A stretch of DNA of 64,000 nucleotides from Truepera sp. (GCA_965218435.1 CBDCKW010000009.1:416001-480000), one strand, 5' to 3'. Shown: positions 7,043-16,249, counted from the first letter of the stretch. Numbers and translations: made by a program. The notes: generated by a model from the sequence alone, not told the origin.

Positions 7043-10000
7043 ATGCTGCCTCAACTCACGCTGTTCGGCGAGGTTTTGCTCGAGACGCCCACCGGAAGCT
7101 ACACCCTCAGAAGTGGCAAGGGGGCGGCGCTGCTCGTCTATCTGGCGTACCGGGGCGGGTGGGTTCGGCGCGAATCGCTGCTGGCGCTGTTCTGGCCTGA
7201 AACACCGGAAAAGCAGGCGCGGGCGAACCTGCGGCAGCTGTTGGTCAAGCTGCGCCGGTTGCCCTATCTGACGGGGCTCGAGGTCACGGACTCGAGCGTC
7301 CGTTGGCCCGTCGCCACCGACGTTGCGGCGTTCGGAGCGGCGCTGGCGGCGGACGACTTCGCCGCCGCCGCCAAGCTTTACGCGGGGCCGCTGTCAGCCG
7401 ACTTCGACCCTGCCGGTTCCGGCAGCTTCGGCGACTGGCTTGTCGCGGAGCGCGATGGGCTTTTTTTTGCCTTTCGGAGTGCGGCGCTTTCAAGAGCGCG
7501 GGAGTTGCGGCGGCGCGGCGCGGTCGAGGAGCTTGCGGCGGTGCTGGGCGAGTTGTTACGCCACGATCCCTTCGATGAAGACGTGTTGTGCGAACGGCTG
7601 AGCGCCCTCATGGAGGCCGGTCGTTACCGTCAGGCGCTCGCCGCCTACGAAGCGTTTCGGGCGCGGCTCCGGCGTGAGCTGGACGCGGCCCCCGGCAAGG
7701 CGACGCGTGAGCTGGCCGCGCAGGTGCGCGCTGCCGAAGAGCAGAAAGCGTCTGGTCCGTCCGAGCCCTCACCGACGTTCGGCAAACGAGCCACCGACGT
7801 TCCGGCTACAGCGCCCCTGCTTCCGGATTTAGACGTCCCGGAACCGGTCGCCCCCGTTTTGTCTGCGCCGAGTTTGACGCTCCGGGCCTCGAGCGCGTTT
7901 GTGGGCCGCCGTCGAGAGCGGGATGTGGTGCAGAAGTGTCTTGCAGACCCGGCCTGCCGCCTGCTTACGTTAGTCGGGCCGGGGGGCGTCGGCAAGACGC
8001 GGCTGGCCGTTGAGCTGAGCGCCGTCACCGAAGGCTTTCCTGACGGCGTGGTGATGGTACCGCTCGAGGCCGTGTCCGACGTGCAGCTGCTCGCACCGAC
8101 CGTCGCGGCCTGTCTGGGGCTCTCTTTAGACGCGCCCGAAACCCCCGAACAACAAGTTATCGCCCACCTGAGCGGGCGGACATGCCTGCTCATCCTCGAC
8201 AACTTCGAGCAGTTACTGGAGGGTAAGGCGTTTTTGCTCACGTTACTGGCGCGCGCCCCCGGCGTCAAGCTGCTGCTGACCACGCGCGAGCGGCTGGGCG
8301 TTCCGGAGGAGGTGCCCCTCGAGCTGCGCGGTCTTTCGCTCGAAGGTGAAGGTAGCCGACCCGCCGACGCCGTGGCCCTCTTTTTGCACGGTGCCCGCCG
8401 GGTCGGGGTGACCTTGCGGCGTGAGTCCGACCTGCAACACGCCGCCGACATCTGTGCGCTCGTCGAAGGGGTACCGCTGGCGCTCGAGCTGACGAGCGCG
8501 TGGCTCCGGCTCCTCACCCCCGCGGAGGTGAAAACGGAGCTGAGCGCGGGCCTCGACCTGCTCGTCGCGCCGGACACCGAACTTCCCGAACGCCACCGGA
8601 ACATGCGGCGGGTGTTAGCCCGTTCGTGGGCACGTCTGGAGGTGGACGAACAGCGCACCCTGGCCCGCCTGTCGGTTTTTCGGGGCGGTTTTACGTATAC
8701 GGCGGCGAAGGCCGTCACCGGCATGTCGCTGGGCGTGCTGCTGGCGCTCGTTCACAAATCGCTGCTCTACCGGGCGGCGGACGGGCGTTTTACGCTGCAC
8801 GAGTTGGTCCGGCAATACGCCGACGAACAGCTCACGGCGGAGGGTGTACTCGAGCAAGTCAGCGCCGAGCACGCCCGTTACTATCTGGGGCTGCTGGGAA
8901 CGCTCGAGATGTGGAGCGACCACGAAGCGGCCTCGCTCGCCGTACTCGACGCCGAGCTGAACAACCTCCGCGCCGCGTGGCGGTGGGCCGTCCCGAGTGG
9001 GCGCTTACCGGAGTTCTGGGTGCCGAACGACGCGGTGATCTTTTTCGACCGGCGAATGCGGTTTTTGGAAGGGCTCGAGTTTTTCGAGGCAGTTTCGGGT
9101 TGTTTTGACCTGGCAGACCCGGAGTACCGGGAGACGCTCGCAAACCTGCGAATCGACCGGGCGTGGTTGCTGTTTCGTTTGGGACGCTACGCCGAGGCTG
9201 AAGCGCTCGCCGAAGATAGTCTCGACGCGGCGCTGAGTACAAAAACCCGGATGAAAGCCTACAACACGCTCGGCATCATCACCCGGCAACAGGGCCGTTA
9301 TCTGCTGGCTGTCCAGTATATCGAAGGGGCGCTGGCGCTGGCCCGTGAACTCGGCGAGGTGACGCGCATTGCAGCGTACCTTAACAACCTGGGGGCGACG
9401 TGTATCACGTTGGGTGAATATGACCGTGCGGAAGAGGCTTCACGAGCTGCTCTCAACCTGCACCGGGCTGCTGACGATACTTATGGCGTCGTGATGACCT
9501 TGCTCGATCTGGGCAGTATCCATATCTACGGTACTCAACCTGCTTACGCGCGCGCCCTAGAGGTTGTCGAAGAGGCGCTCAAGCTAGCCCACGAGCAGGA
9601 ATTTGCCGATCTCACCTCAGTGCTTCTAATTACGAAGGCGCGAGCGCTCTACCGGCTAGGTGATACGGTGCAGGCTGAACTTGTTTGCCACAAAATCATG
9701 AGCCTTACCACCAAACCGGGGCATACCTGGGACGAAGCGCAGGTTTTTAACCTACTGGGCTACATCGCTACACAAAGAGGCGAGCAGCTTAAGGCGAGGC
9801 AGTATCTGGTCAAAAGTTTTTTGCTGGCTTGGCAGCACCGAGAAATACCTACAATACTTGAAGATATGCTGGCCTTAGCCGAGCTTGAGTTCTCCGAAAA
9901 TGCCCACGAACGAGCCCTTCAACTGCTCGTCGGGGTGATGAGACACCCTGCCGCGTCAGCGGTAAACCGCTGTGATGCCGAGCGGTTTCTTCGGCAGTCG

Positions 10001-10105
10001 GGAATACATCAGCACCTGCTGCAAACCGATAGTGTGCCGCTCGAGCGCTGGGTTCCCACTTTTTTTGGCCTCGAGGGTGAAATAACTGAAAGAGAAATGA
10101 ACTAG
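7043..10105 (+). CDS. SARP/AfsR-like STAND transcriptional activator (wHTH-BTAD-NB-ARC-TPR)
   Basis: N-terminal LLVYLA...RESLLALFWPE, BTAD region, Walker A GPGGVGKT, Walker B LLILDNFE, GVPLALEL, C-terminal TPRs. Likely leaderless start at ATG 7043 after TATGCT. Confidence 0.92.
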   Translation: MLPQLTLFGEVLLETPTGSYTLRSGKGAALLVYLAYRGGWVRRESLLALFWPETPEKQARANLRQLLVKLRRLPYLTGLEVTDSSVRWPVATDVAAFGAALAADDFAAAAKLYAGPLSADFDPAGSGSFGDWLVAERDGLFFAFRSAALSRARELRRRGAVEELAAVLGELLRHDPFDEDVLCERLSALMEAGRYRQALAAYEAFRARLRRELDAAPGKATRELAAQVRAAEEQKASGPSEPSPTFGKRATDVPATAPLLPDLDVPEPVAPVLSAPSLTLRASSAFVGRRRERDVVQKCLADPACRLLTLVGPGGVGKTRLAVELSAVTEGFPDGVVMVPLEAVSDVQLLAPTVAACLGLSLDAPETPEQQVIAHLSGRTCLLILDNFEQLLEGKAFLLTLLARAPGVKLLLTTRERLGVPEEVPLELRGLSLEGEGSRPADAVALFLHGARRVGVTLRRESDLQHAADICALVEGVPLALELTSAWLRLLTPAEVKTELSAGLDLLVAPDTELPERHRNMRRVLARSWARLEVDEQRTLARLSVFRGGFTYTAAKAVTGMSLGVLLALVHKSLLYRAADGRFTLHELVRQYADEQLTAEGVLEQVSAEHARYYLGLLGTLEMWSDHEAASLAVLDAELNNLRAAWRWAVPSGRLPEFWVPNDAVIFFDRRMRFLEGLEFFEAVSGCFDLADPEYRETLANLRIDRAWLLFRLGRYAEAEALAEDSLDAALSTKTRMKAYNTLGIITRQQGRYLLAVQYIEGALALARELGEVTRIAAYLNNLGATCITLGEYDRAEEASRAALNLHRAADDTYGVVMTLLDLGSIHIYGTQPAYARALEVVEEALKLAHEQEFADLTSVLLITKARALYRLGDTVQAELVCHKIMSLTTKPGHTWDEAQVFNLLGYIATQRGEQLKARQYLVKSFLLAWQHREIPTILEDMLALAELEFSENAHERALQLLVGVMRHPAASAVNRCDAERFLRQSGIHQHLLQTDSVPLERWVPTFFGLEGEITEREMN

Positions 10106-10551
10106 GGGCCTCGAGCCGAAACCGGTAGGATGATTGTGCCGTCATCATCCTTGGGTAACGGGGACCTATCTGCTGGCTCTGACTGCAATCTATCTTTGTG
10201 AGCAGGTTCCCAAAAATTAGGGAGAGTGCTGTCATCTTTGTCGCTGCTATAGATGTAGAGCTGATAGCCTCTGTAAGTAGCCTGAAGACCCCATTCATCT
10301 TTGCGATTGACTGAACTGGGTTTATCAGGCAAGTTCGGATCAGGGTCAGTTACAGGGGGCAGAATCTTCCAACAACTCAATCTTTCTTGCAAGTCTTTAT
10401 CTGCCCACCTGTTTATCAGAGGAATGTAGCTCGTAATTTTATGTAATGAGCAGATATAGACGGGCTGAAAACTCACGCCGTCAAAAGAAGCTTCAAGACA
10501 CTTTTCCGTATCCGTATCGAAACGTAAATGCATGGTATCCATCTTTAGCAA
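10102..10551 (-). CDS. Hypothetical protein (149 aa)
   Basis: AT-rich ORF with GGAGAGG upstream. Convergent 4-nt overlap with the regulator stop. No domain recognised. Confidence 0.55.
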   Translation of the reverse strand: MLKMDTMHLRFDTDTEKCLEASFDGVSFQPVYICSLHKITSYIPLINRWADKDLQERLSCWKILPPVTDPDPNLPDKPSSVNRKDEWGLQATYRGYQLYIYSSDKDDSTLPNFWEPAHKDRLQSEPADRSPLPKDDDGTIILPVSARGP

Positions 10552-10661
10552 CCCTCTCCAAGTCGTTAAACAGTTGAGCGGACTATAGCAGAGCCTGGGA
10601 CGAAAAGAAATTCTAAAAAAGTAACGAGTGGTTTAGCTTCTCGAGCACGCCTCTAAAGCTT

Positions 10662-10684
10662 AAAAAGCCGAAAATGACCCAGCT
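10662..10684 (-). terminator. Intrinsic terminator after peptide array 2
   Basis: Minus strand AGCTGGG-TCATT-TTCGGCT-TTTT. Homologous to 5666-5687 with G-U-compatible substitutions. Confidence 0.6.
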
Positions 10685-10710
10685 GAAAAATATAAGTTTG
10701 GGTCGTAATT

Positions 10711-10770
10711 TCAGTGGACTCTAATACCGTTTACAACTTGCCCCGAGCTAGGGGTTTCTTGTTTACGCAT
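10711..10770 (-). CDS. Micro-ORF, 19 aa MRKQETPSSGQVVNGIRVH
   Basis: GGAGGTG SD upstream. Homologous to 5714..5773. Confidence 0.7.
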   Translation of the reverse strand: MRKQETPSSGQVVNGIRVH

Positions 10771-10841
10771 ATCGTCACCTCCTTCATGCTTTTGAAGAGG
10801 GCTCGAGCCGGAGGACTCGAGCCTTTGGTTCAGGTTACGTT

Positions 10842-10901
10842 TTAGCCTCTGCGGAAGTTGCTCACAATCAGCTTCGAGCTGGGGGTTTCTTTGGTTTTCA
10901 T
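10842..10901 (-). CDS. Micro-ORF, 19 aa MKTKETPSSKLIVSNFRRG
   Basis: GGGAGG SD upstream. Homologous to 5964..6023. Confidence 0.7.
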   Translation of the reverse strand: MKTKETPSSKLIVSNFRRG

Positions 10902-10933
10902 TCTGCGCCCTCCCTTCTTTCTGAACTGAGGGC

Positions 10934-10969
10934 AGTCTACAAAAGGGGGCGTGATGTTGGCGTGATGTT
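10934..10969 (-). promoter_or_regulatory. Promoter of peptide array 2 with two 11-bp-periodic repeats
   Basis: GTGATGTT at 10951 and 10962. -10 TAGACT at 10934-10939 with the same 11-nt spacer as array 1. Confidence 0.65.
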
Positions 10970-11145
10970 GAGTTTTATCTGTCTGGGGACGTAAAAAGTT
11001 GCTTGAGAAGTTAGTCTCTGTAGCTAAAACTCGGCTCTCAGCTAAAGGTCGATAGATAGAACACCCCGGCGTACGGGCTTTTTGGGGGCTCGAGTTCGCC
11101 GCTCTCTCACTATCAGTTACAGGATTCGGGGGTGGGGCTCGAGGG

Positions 11146-11712
11146 TTCAAACTTAACCACCACGGACTCGAAGTCGGTGGGTTGAAGAGCTAGCTGGAAG
11201 CCGGAGGTCACTCTAAAGAGATGTTCTCCTCGCCGCTTTGCTTGTGAGCATCGTAGTGGTTGTTGATGTACTCGTCGATCATCTCATCGGTCACGTTCCC
11301 ACTCGTGGCGCTAAAGTAGCCTCTCGCCCAAAAGTGACGTCCCCAATACCTTTTCCTCAACTCTGGAAACTCCTGTTGCACTTTCCTTGAACTCCGCCCC
11401 TTCGCCCGTTTGATAAATTCGCTCACGGCTAGGTGTGGTGGAATCGACACAAACAGGTGGATGTGGTCACTCGACACCACCCCATTCAGAATCTTGACCC
11501 CTGGCTCTTCAGCTACCTGAGCAATAATTGTCCGTACTCGCCGCTGCAACTCACCCCTCAGCACTCTATAGCGGTACTTCGTGATCCAGACCAAGTGATA
11601 GCGGTGGTGGTACAGCGTATGACTTCCCTTGGTATAGCGTTCCATCACTGCAATTTACACGCTGAAGCGTCGCCCGTCTCGAAGACGGGGGTTTGAATCC
11701 ATTTAGAGGACT
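11146..11712 (-). mobile_element. IS200/IS605-family insertion sequence, tnpA only
   Basis: Y1 transposase flanked by two related subterminal hairpins, each preceded by TTCAA on the minus strand. TTGAT lies just outside the left end. Boundaries approximate. Confidence 0.8.
11208..11648 (-). CDS. tnpA: IS200/IS605 Y1 (HUH) transposase
   Basis: YHLVWITKYR, DHIHL (HUH), FWARGYF, and catalytic Tyr in EYINN. Confidence 0.95.
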   Translation of the reverse strand: MMERYTKGSHTLYHHRYHLVWITKYRYRVLRGELQRRVRTIIAQVAEEPGVKILNGVVSSDHIHLFVSIPPHLAVSEFIKRAKGRSSRKVQQEFPELRKRYWGRHFWARGYFSATSGNVTDEMIDEYINNHYDAHKQSGEENISLE

Positions 11713-11828
11713 ATCAATAAAGTTTATAGAGCTGGGCGCTGCAACTCACTATCGCAGCGCCTCGCTCTATCAAAACAGCTCGCCCTAGCAAGCCGATGGA
11801 CATGTCTTCTCTAAAAATCCGGTCTCGT

Positions 11829-12851
11829 CTAGCTCAAATAATGGGTCAGCAGCGCCAAAGACGCCTCGACATCATTTTTGGCGACCATCTCGGTCACGGT
11901 ATGCACGTAACGTGACGGAATAGAGAGCGTCAGGCTGGCAACGCCGCCCCGTGAACGCTGTATCGTACCCGCGTCGGTGCCGCCTAAGGGCAACAGTTCA
12001 AACTGATACGGCACGCCGTTTTCTTCAGCAAGGGCGATAAACTCGTCTAACAGCCAACGCGTACTGATCGAGGCCGAATCCATTACCTTGAGCGCGACGC
12101 CGCCGCCGAGCTGTGTGACCCGCTGCTCACTCGGCGTGCCCGGAATGTCAACCGCCAGCGTGGTGTCGAGCGCGACGCCGATGTCGGGCTCGACGGCGAA
12201 CGCAGCCGTCTGTGCGCCGCGTAAACCGACCTCTTCTTGAACGCTGAAGACGCCGTACACGTCGTGTGCCGGATTTTTGAGCGCCTTTAACAGCTCGACT
12301 AAAATAAAGCAGTTGACCCTATCGTCCATCGCTTTACCGCTGACGACCTCACCCAAATCTACAAACGGTTGCCGGAGTGTCACCGGGTCGCCGAGCCGCA
12401 CCTTTTCTTTTACGGTGTCGGACTCGAGACCGGTATCGACGATAAACTCGGGTAGTTTCGGTACCTTTTCGCGTTCGTCGGGGTTAGAGATGTGGATAGG
12501 TTTGACGCCGGGGTTCATCACCCCGATGAGGTCGCCGCTACTTGTATGAACCGTGACCTGCCGCGCGAACAAGTTACGCGTATCGAAACCGCCGAGGTTT
12601 TGCACGCGTAAAAAACCGTCGTCATCTATAAAGCGCACGTAAAAACCGATCTCGTCCATGTGCGCCGAGAGCATCACCCGCTTTGCCCCTTCTTTTGAAC
12701 CCTTTTTATGCGCGATCAGGTTGCCCAGCGTGTCGGTCTCCAAGCTGTCTACAACGCCCTCTAACTCGCCGCTGATCAGCTCACGAATCGCCTCTTCACG
12801 GCCCGGAACCCCGGCCCCTTCGGAAAGCCGCTGTAAAAGTTCGTAGTCCAC
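11829..12851 (-). CDS. M42 family metallo-aminopeptidase
   Basis: AHMDEIG, KAMDDR, QEEVGLRGA, GGTDAG and RYVHT motifs. Confidence 0.93.
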   Translation of the reverse strand: MDYELLQRLSEGAGVPGREEAIRELISGELEGVVDSLETDTLGNLIAHKKGSKEGAKRVMLSAHMDEIGFYVRFIDDDGFLRVQNLGGFDTRNLFARQVTVHTSSGDLIGVMNPGVKPIHISNPDEREKVPKLPEFIVDTGLESDTVKEKVRLGDPVTLRQPFVDLGEVVSGKAMDDRVNCFILVELLKALKNPAHDVYGVFSVQEEVGLRGAQTAAFAVEPDIGVALDTTLAVDIPGTPSEQRVTQLGGGVALKVMDSASISTRWLLDEFIALAEENGVPYQFELLPLGGTDAGTIQRSRGGVASLTLSIPSRYVHTVTEMVAKNDVEASLALLTHYLS

Positions 12852-12854
12852 CGC

Positions 12855-13619
12855 TTACCTGCCTTTCAGAAATGTTGCTGAACTCTGAACGCTCTCAACC
12901 GGGTTTTTGGGATTGTCGTGCTCGACAATGAACCACTCCGCCCCGGCAGCTTCAGCAGCGGGGAGCAGGGTGTCCCACTCGAGAGTACCCGAGCCGACAT
13001 CGGCCCAACCGTCTTCATCTTCGTTTTCGCCGTCGGGTGCGATGTCTTTAACATGCACGCGTGTGACGCGGCCTGAAAAAGTCTGGAGCAGGTCAAGCGG
13101 GTCTTGGCCGCCTTTAACGACCCAGGCGAGGTCGAGCTCGAGCCCGAGTGCTTCGCCCGCGCCCTCGACGAGCCACTCGAGCGCCGGTCTCCCGTCAATC
13201 AGCCTCAGCTCGAAGTCGTGGTTGTGGTAGAGCAGCTTCATGTTGCTGTTCTGGGCTGCCTTGGCAAGTTCACCAAGACGCACGCCTAAATCTTGCCAAC
13301 CTTCGGCGGTGTCCGAACGGTCGCCGGGGTCGAGCCACGGCACGACGAGCGTATCGTTGCCGACAGCTTGGTTAAACGCGACGACGCCTTCCATATCGGA
13401 CTCGAGGTCGGTTAGGGCGGTGTGACTCGAGGCCACCACCAACCCGTGTTTATCCAGCATGGCCTGAAGTTCGTCGGCGCTGACGCCCTGCGTGCCGACG
13501 GTTTCGATGCCGTCGTAACCAGCTGCGGCAACCTCACCTAAAATCTCGTCTAACGGCGCGCTAAGTTTGCGTAAGCTGTACATCTGAACGGCTAATTTGG
13601 GTTGTGCGGTATCAGTCAT
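12855..13619 (-). CDS. Sugar phosphate isomerase/epimerase (xylose-isomerase-like TIM barrel)
   Basis: YHNHDFE, ELDLAW, VHVKD and VEHD motifs. Confidence 0.9.
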   Translation of the reverse strand: MTDTAQPKLAVQMYSLRKLSAPLDEILGEVAAAGYDGIETVGTQGVSADELQAMLDKHGLVVASSHTALTDLESDMEGVVAFNQAVGNDTLVVPWLDPGDRSDTAEGWQDLGVRLGELAKAAQNSNMKLLYHNHDFELRLIDGRPALEWLVEGAGEALGLELDLAWVVKGGQDPLDLLQTFSGRVTRVHVKDIAPDGENEDEDGWADVGSGTLEWDTLLPAAEAAGAEWFIVEHDNPKNPVESVQSSATFLKGR

Positions 13620-14715
13620 CTAAAATCCCTTCGATCAGGCCCAGCGGCAAGGGCGCGGGGCGTTCGGTGCGGCTGGCGAGTGTCAAGGTCTTTTCGGCTT
13701 CAGCGGCCTCTAAAATGCTCTGCATAATATCCAGGACATGATACGCCAAGCTCCCGCTCGCCCGGTGGGGTCGTCCGGTGGCGAGGGCCTGCGCTATATC
13801 GGCAACGCCCAAACCACGGCTGTTTTCGGTGTAGCCGTGCGTCAGGGGCAGCGTCGTCCAGGTGTCCGCGCCGCCGCGTTTAATCCTGACCGGCCCGCCG
13901 AAGGTGTTAGGGTCAGGAACGCTCAACGTGCCTTCGGTACCGTAAACCTCGAGCCTCGGCAACTCCGACGCCCACACATCAAACGAGGTCATCAGCGTTC
14001 CGACTGCGCCCGACTCGAAACTTAAGAGGGCGCTGATATGCGTCGGCGTTGTGACCGGAACCTTCGTCCCAAAGTTGGGTTGACTCGTGACCATGCGCTC
14101 GCTAAAGGTCGTTTTGGCGGTGCTCGAGACCTTCTGCACCGGCCCCAACAGGTTCACCAGCGCCGTCAGATAGTACGGCCCGATGTCGAAGAGCGGCCCC
14201 GCCCCCGGCATATAAAAAAAGGCCGGGTCGGGGTGCCACATCTCCATCCCGCGGCTCAGCATAAAGGCAGTTGCGCCCACCGGCTCGCCGATCCAGCCGT
14301 CATCAATGAGTTTGCGGCAGGTCTGTAAGCCCGCGCCTAAAAAGGTGTCGGGGGCACAACCGACGCGCAGGTTTTGCTGCTCAGCCAAGTCTAAAATCGG
14401 TTTAGCGTCTTCACGAACCGTCCCGAGCGGTTTTTCGCTGTAGACCGACTTACCCGCGGCCAAAATGTCTTGGCTGACGCCAGCGTGAGCGTTCGGAACA
14501 GTCAGGTTGATGATGAGTTCGACCTCGGGGTCGGCGAGTAACGCGTCAACACTGAGGGCTTTTTCGACGCCGAACTCGGCGGCCCTAGCCTCGGCGCGGC
14601 TGAGTTCTAAGTCGGCGATGGCCGCGACTCTAAAAGCGCGAAAGAATTTGGCGGCGCTTAGGTACTGAGAACTGACGTTACCTGCGCCGATAATACCGAT
14701 AGGGAGCGGTTGCAT
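13612..14715 (-). CDS. Gfo/Idh/MocA family oxidoreductase
   Basis: IIGAGNV Rossmann motif, YSEKP, APDTFLG, DIGPYY. Confidence 0.92.
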   Translation of the reverse strand: MQPLPIGIIGAGNVSSQYLSAAKFFRAFRVAAIADLELSRAEARAAEFGVEKALSVDALLADPEVELIINLTVPNAHAGVSQDILAAGKSVYSEKPLGTVREDAKPILDLAEQQNLRVGCAPDTFLGAGLQTCRKLIDDGWIGEPVGATAFMLSRGMEMWHPDPAFFYMPGAGPLFDIGPYYLTALVNLLGPVQKVSSTAKTTFSERMVTSQPNFGTKVPVTTPTHISALLSFESGAVGTLMTSFDVWASELPRLEVYGTEGTLSVPDPNTFGGPVRIKRGGADTWTTLPLTHGYTENSRGLGVADIAQALATGRPHRASGSLAYHVLDIMQSILEAAEAEKTLTLASRTERPAPLPLGLIEGILDD

Positions 14716-15094
14716 AGATAGGTGACCTCCTCCAGATGAGGTTTACGGGAGCCTAACAGATTGCCGTGAGTGAGACAAGCGTCCCGCGCCCTACGCTCAG
14801 CCGGGTCACGCCTCTAGGTAGGGTCGTGTAGAGACGCGCATGTAGGTTTGACCCCTATTTATCCCTTCCGGATTCGTGGTGCTATAAGGACGCTGCACCT
14901 AGACCGGAGGCTCGAGCAGCGGGGTTAGCGGGGTGAAGATGCCAGTAAAAATACGACACTAAGGATATACACACCGAGAGTATACACATTAAGAACACAG
15001 CACTGAGGAGCTAAGCTCCAGCGTTTGGTTTGACTTAACACCCCCAAACCTCAGTAGCCCGAAATTCAACCTTTAATCTACTTTAGGAGACGCG

Positions 15095-15991
15095 ATGCCA
15101 GACGACCAGTACAAATTCCAAGACCCCACCGATCAGTATCCACAACCGCCTTTTGCCGAACAAAAGCAACCGGAGCCGGGGCTAAGTAGCGAGATGGACC
15201 CTAAACCCGACCACGGCGAAACGAGCTACCGGGGTACCGGCCGCCTAGCCGGACGTAAAGCACTTGTAACCGGCGCGGATAGCGGGATTGGCCGTGCGGT
15301 TGCGATCGCCTTCGCCCGCGAAGGTGCCGACGTGGTGCTTTCGTATCTGCCGTCCGAAGAAAAAGACGCTCGAGAGGTCGCTGAACTCGTCGAAGATGCT
15401 GGACAAAAAGCCGTGCTTATGCCTGGTGACCTCAAAGAGCAAGCGTACTGTGTTGAGCTGGTCGAGCGCACGGTGGCTGAACTTGGCGGCCTAGATATTT
15501 TGGTTAATAACGCCGGAAAACAGCAGGCAGTAGAGAGCATCGCCGAGCTGAGTGACGAGCAGTTTGACGAGACCTTTAAGACGAACGTGTATTCACTCTT
15601 CTGGACGTGTAAGGCGGCCCTCCCACATATGCCTGCGGGCAGTTCAATTATCAACACCTCGTCTATTCAGGCGTATCAGCCGTCGCCTATCTTGCTCGAC
15701 TACGCCACCACCAAGGCGTCTATCAATACCTTTAGCAAGGCGCTCGCACAGCAGGTTGGGGAAAAGGGCATACGGGTCAACGTCGTCGCTCCCGGCCCGG
15801 TCTGGACGCCTTTACAAGCCAGTGGCGGTCAACCGACCGAGGCGCTTAAAGAGTTCGGCGGACAAACGCCGCTGGGCCGCCCCGCGCAACCCGCCGAACT
15901 TGCCCCGGCGTACGTGTACCTGGCTAGCGCCGAATCGGGTTACGTCACCGGCGAAACGCTCTCGGTCAACGGCGGGATGGTTGCGCCGTAG
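15095..15991 (+). CDS. SDR oxidoreductase (YghA/YdaD general-stress type)
   Basis: TGADSGIG, NNAG, YATTK, and N-terminal PDHGETSY extension. Confidence 0.93.
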   Translation: MPDDQYKFQDPTDQYPQPPFAEQKQPEPGLSSEMDPKPDHGETSYRGTGRLAGRKALVTGADSGIGRAVAIAFAREGADVVLSYLPSEEKDAREVAELVEDAGQKAVLMPGDLKEQAYCVELVERTVAELGGLDILVNNAGKQQAVESIAELSDEQFDETFKTNVYSLFWTCKAALPHMPAGSSIINTSSIQAYQPSPILLDYATTKASINTFSKALAQQVGEKGIRVNVVAPGPVWTPLQASGGQPTEALKEFGGQTPLGRPAQPAELAPAYVYLASAESGYVTGETLSVNGGMVAP

Positions 15992-16020
15992 GTCGAAGAA
16001 CTAGCGTGCTTAACATAGCT

Positions 16021-16053
16021 GCCGAGCGCCCGGTTCTCGTGTGGGCGCTCGGC
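16021..16053 (+). terminator. Stem-loop after SDR gene
   Basis: GCCGAGCGCCC ... GGGCGCTCGGC 11-bp inverted repeat. Weak U-tail. Confidence 0.55.
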
Positions 16054-16249
16054 TCTGGTAGGTCGGCCCTCGCCTACAGGTTAGCGTTTTAGAAGCTCGA
16101 GTCCTAGACCCTTTACCACGTTTCGCTCAGCCGGCGTTTTCATGGTTACCAGAGGCAAGCTTTGTTTTAACGAGTGTGTCGGCAACTGACGGTGCCCGCC
16201 AAACGTCTTTCTAACCGCAATACCCGTCTTCTCCTTTACACTAGCTTTA

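Noticed and set aside
7645..8724. 359-aa antisense ORF and other long shadow ORFs (e.g. 58944-59525, 35259-35792, 20218-20748)
   Set aside because: They lie opposite well-supported genes in GC-rich DNA and have Ser/Arg/Pro-biased composition with no motifs.
10842..11150. 102-aa ORF from the ORF track
   Set aside because: Only the last 19 codons have an SD and a homolog. The upstream part runs through the promoter and operator repeats.
14950..15010. Imperfect ACAC-containing repeats upstream of the SDR gene
   Set aside because: Too degenerate to support a specific regulatory or repeat call.
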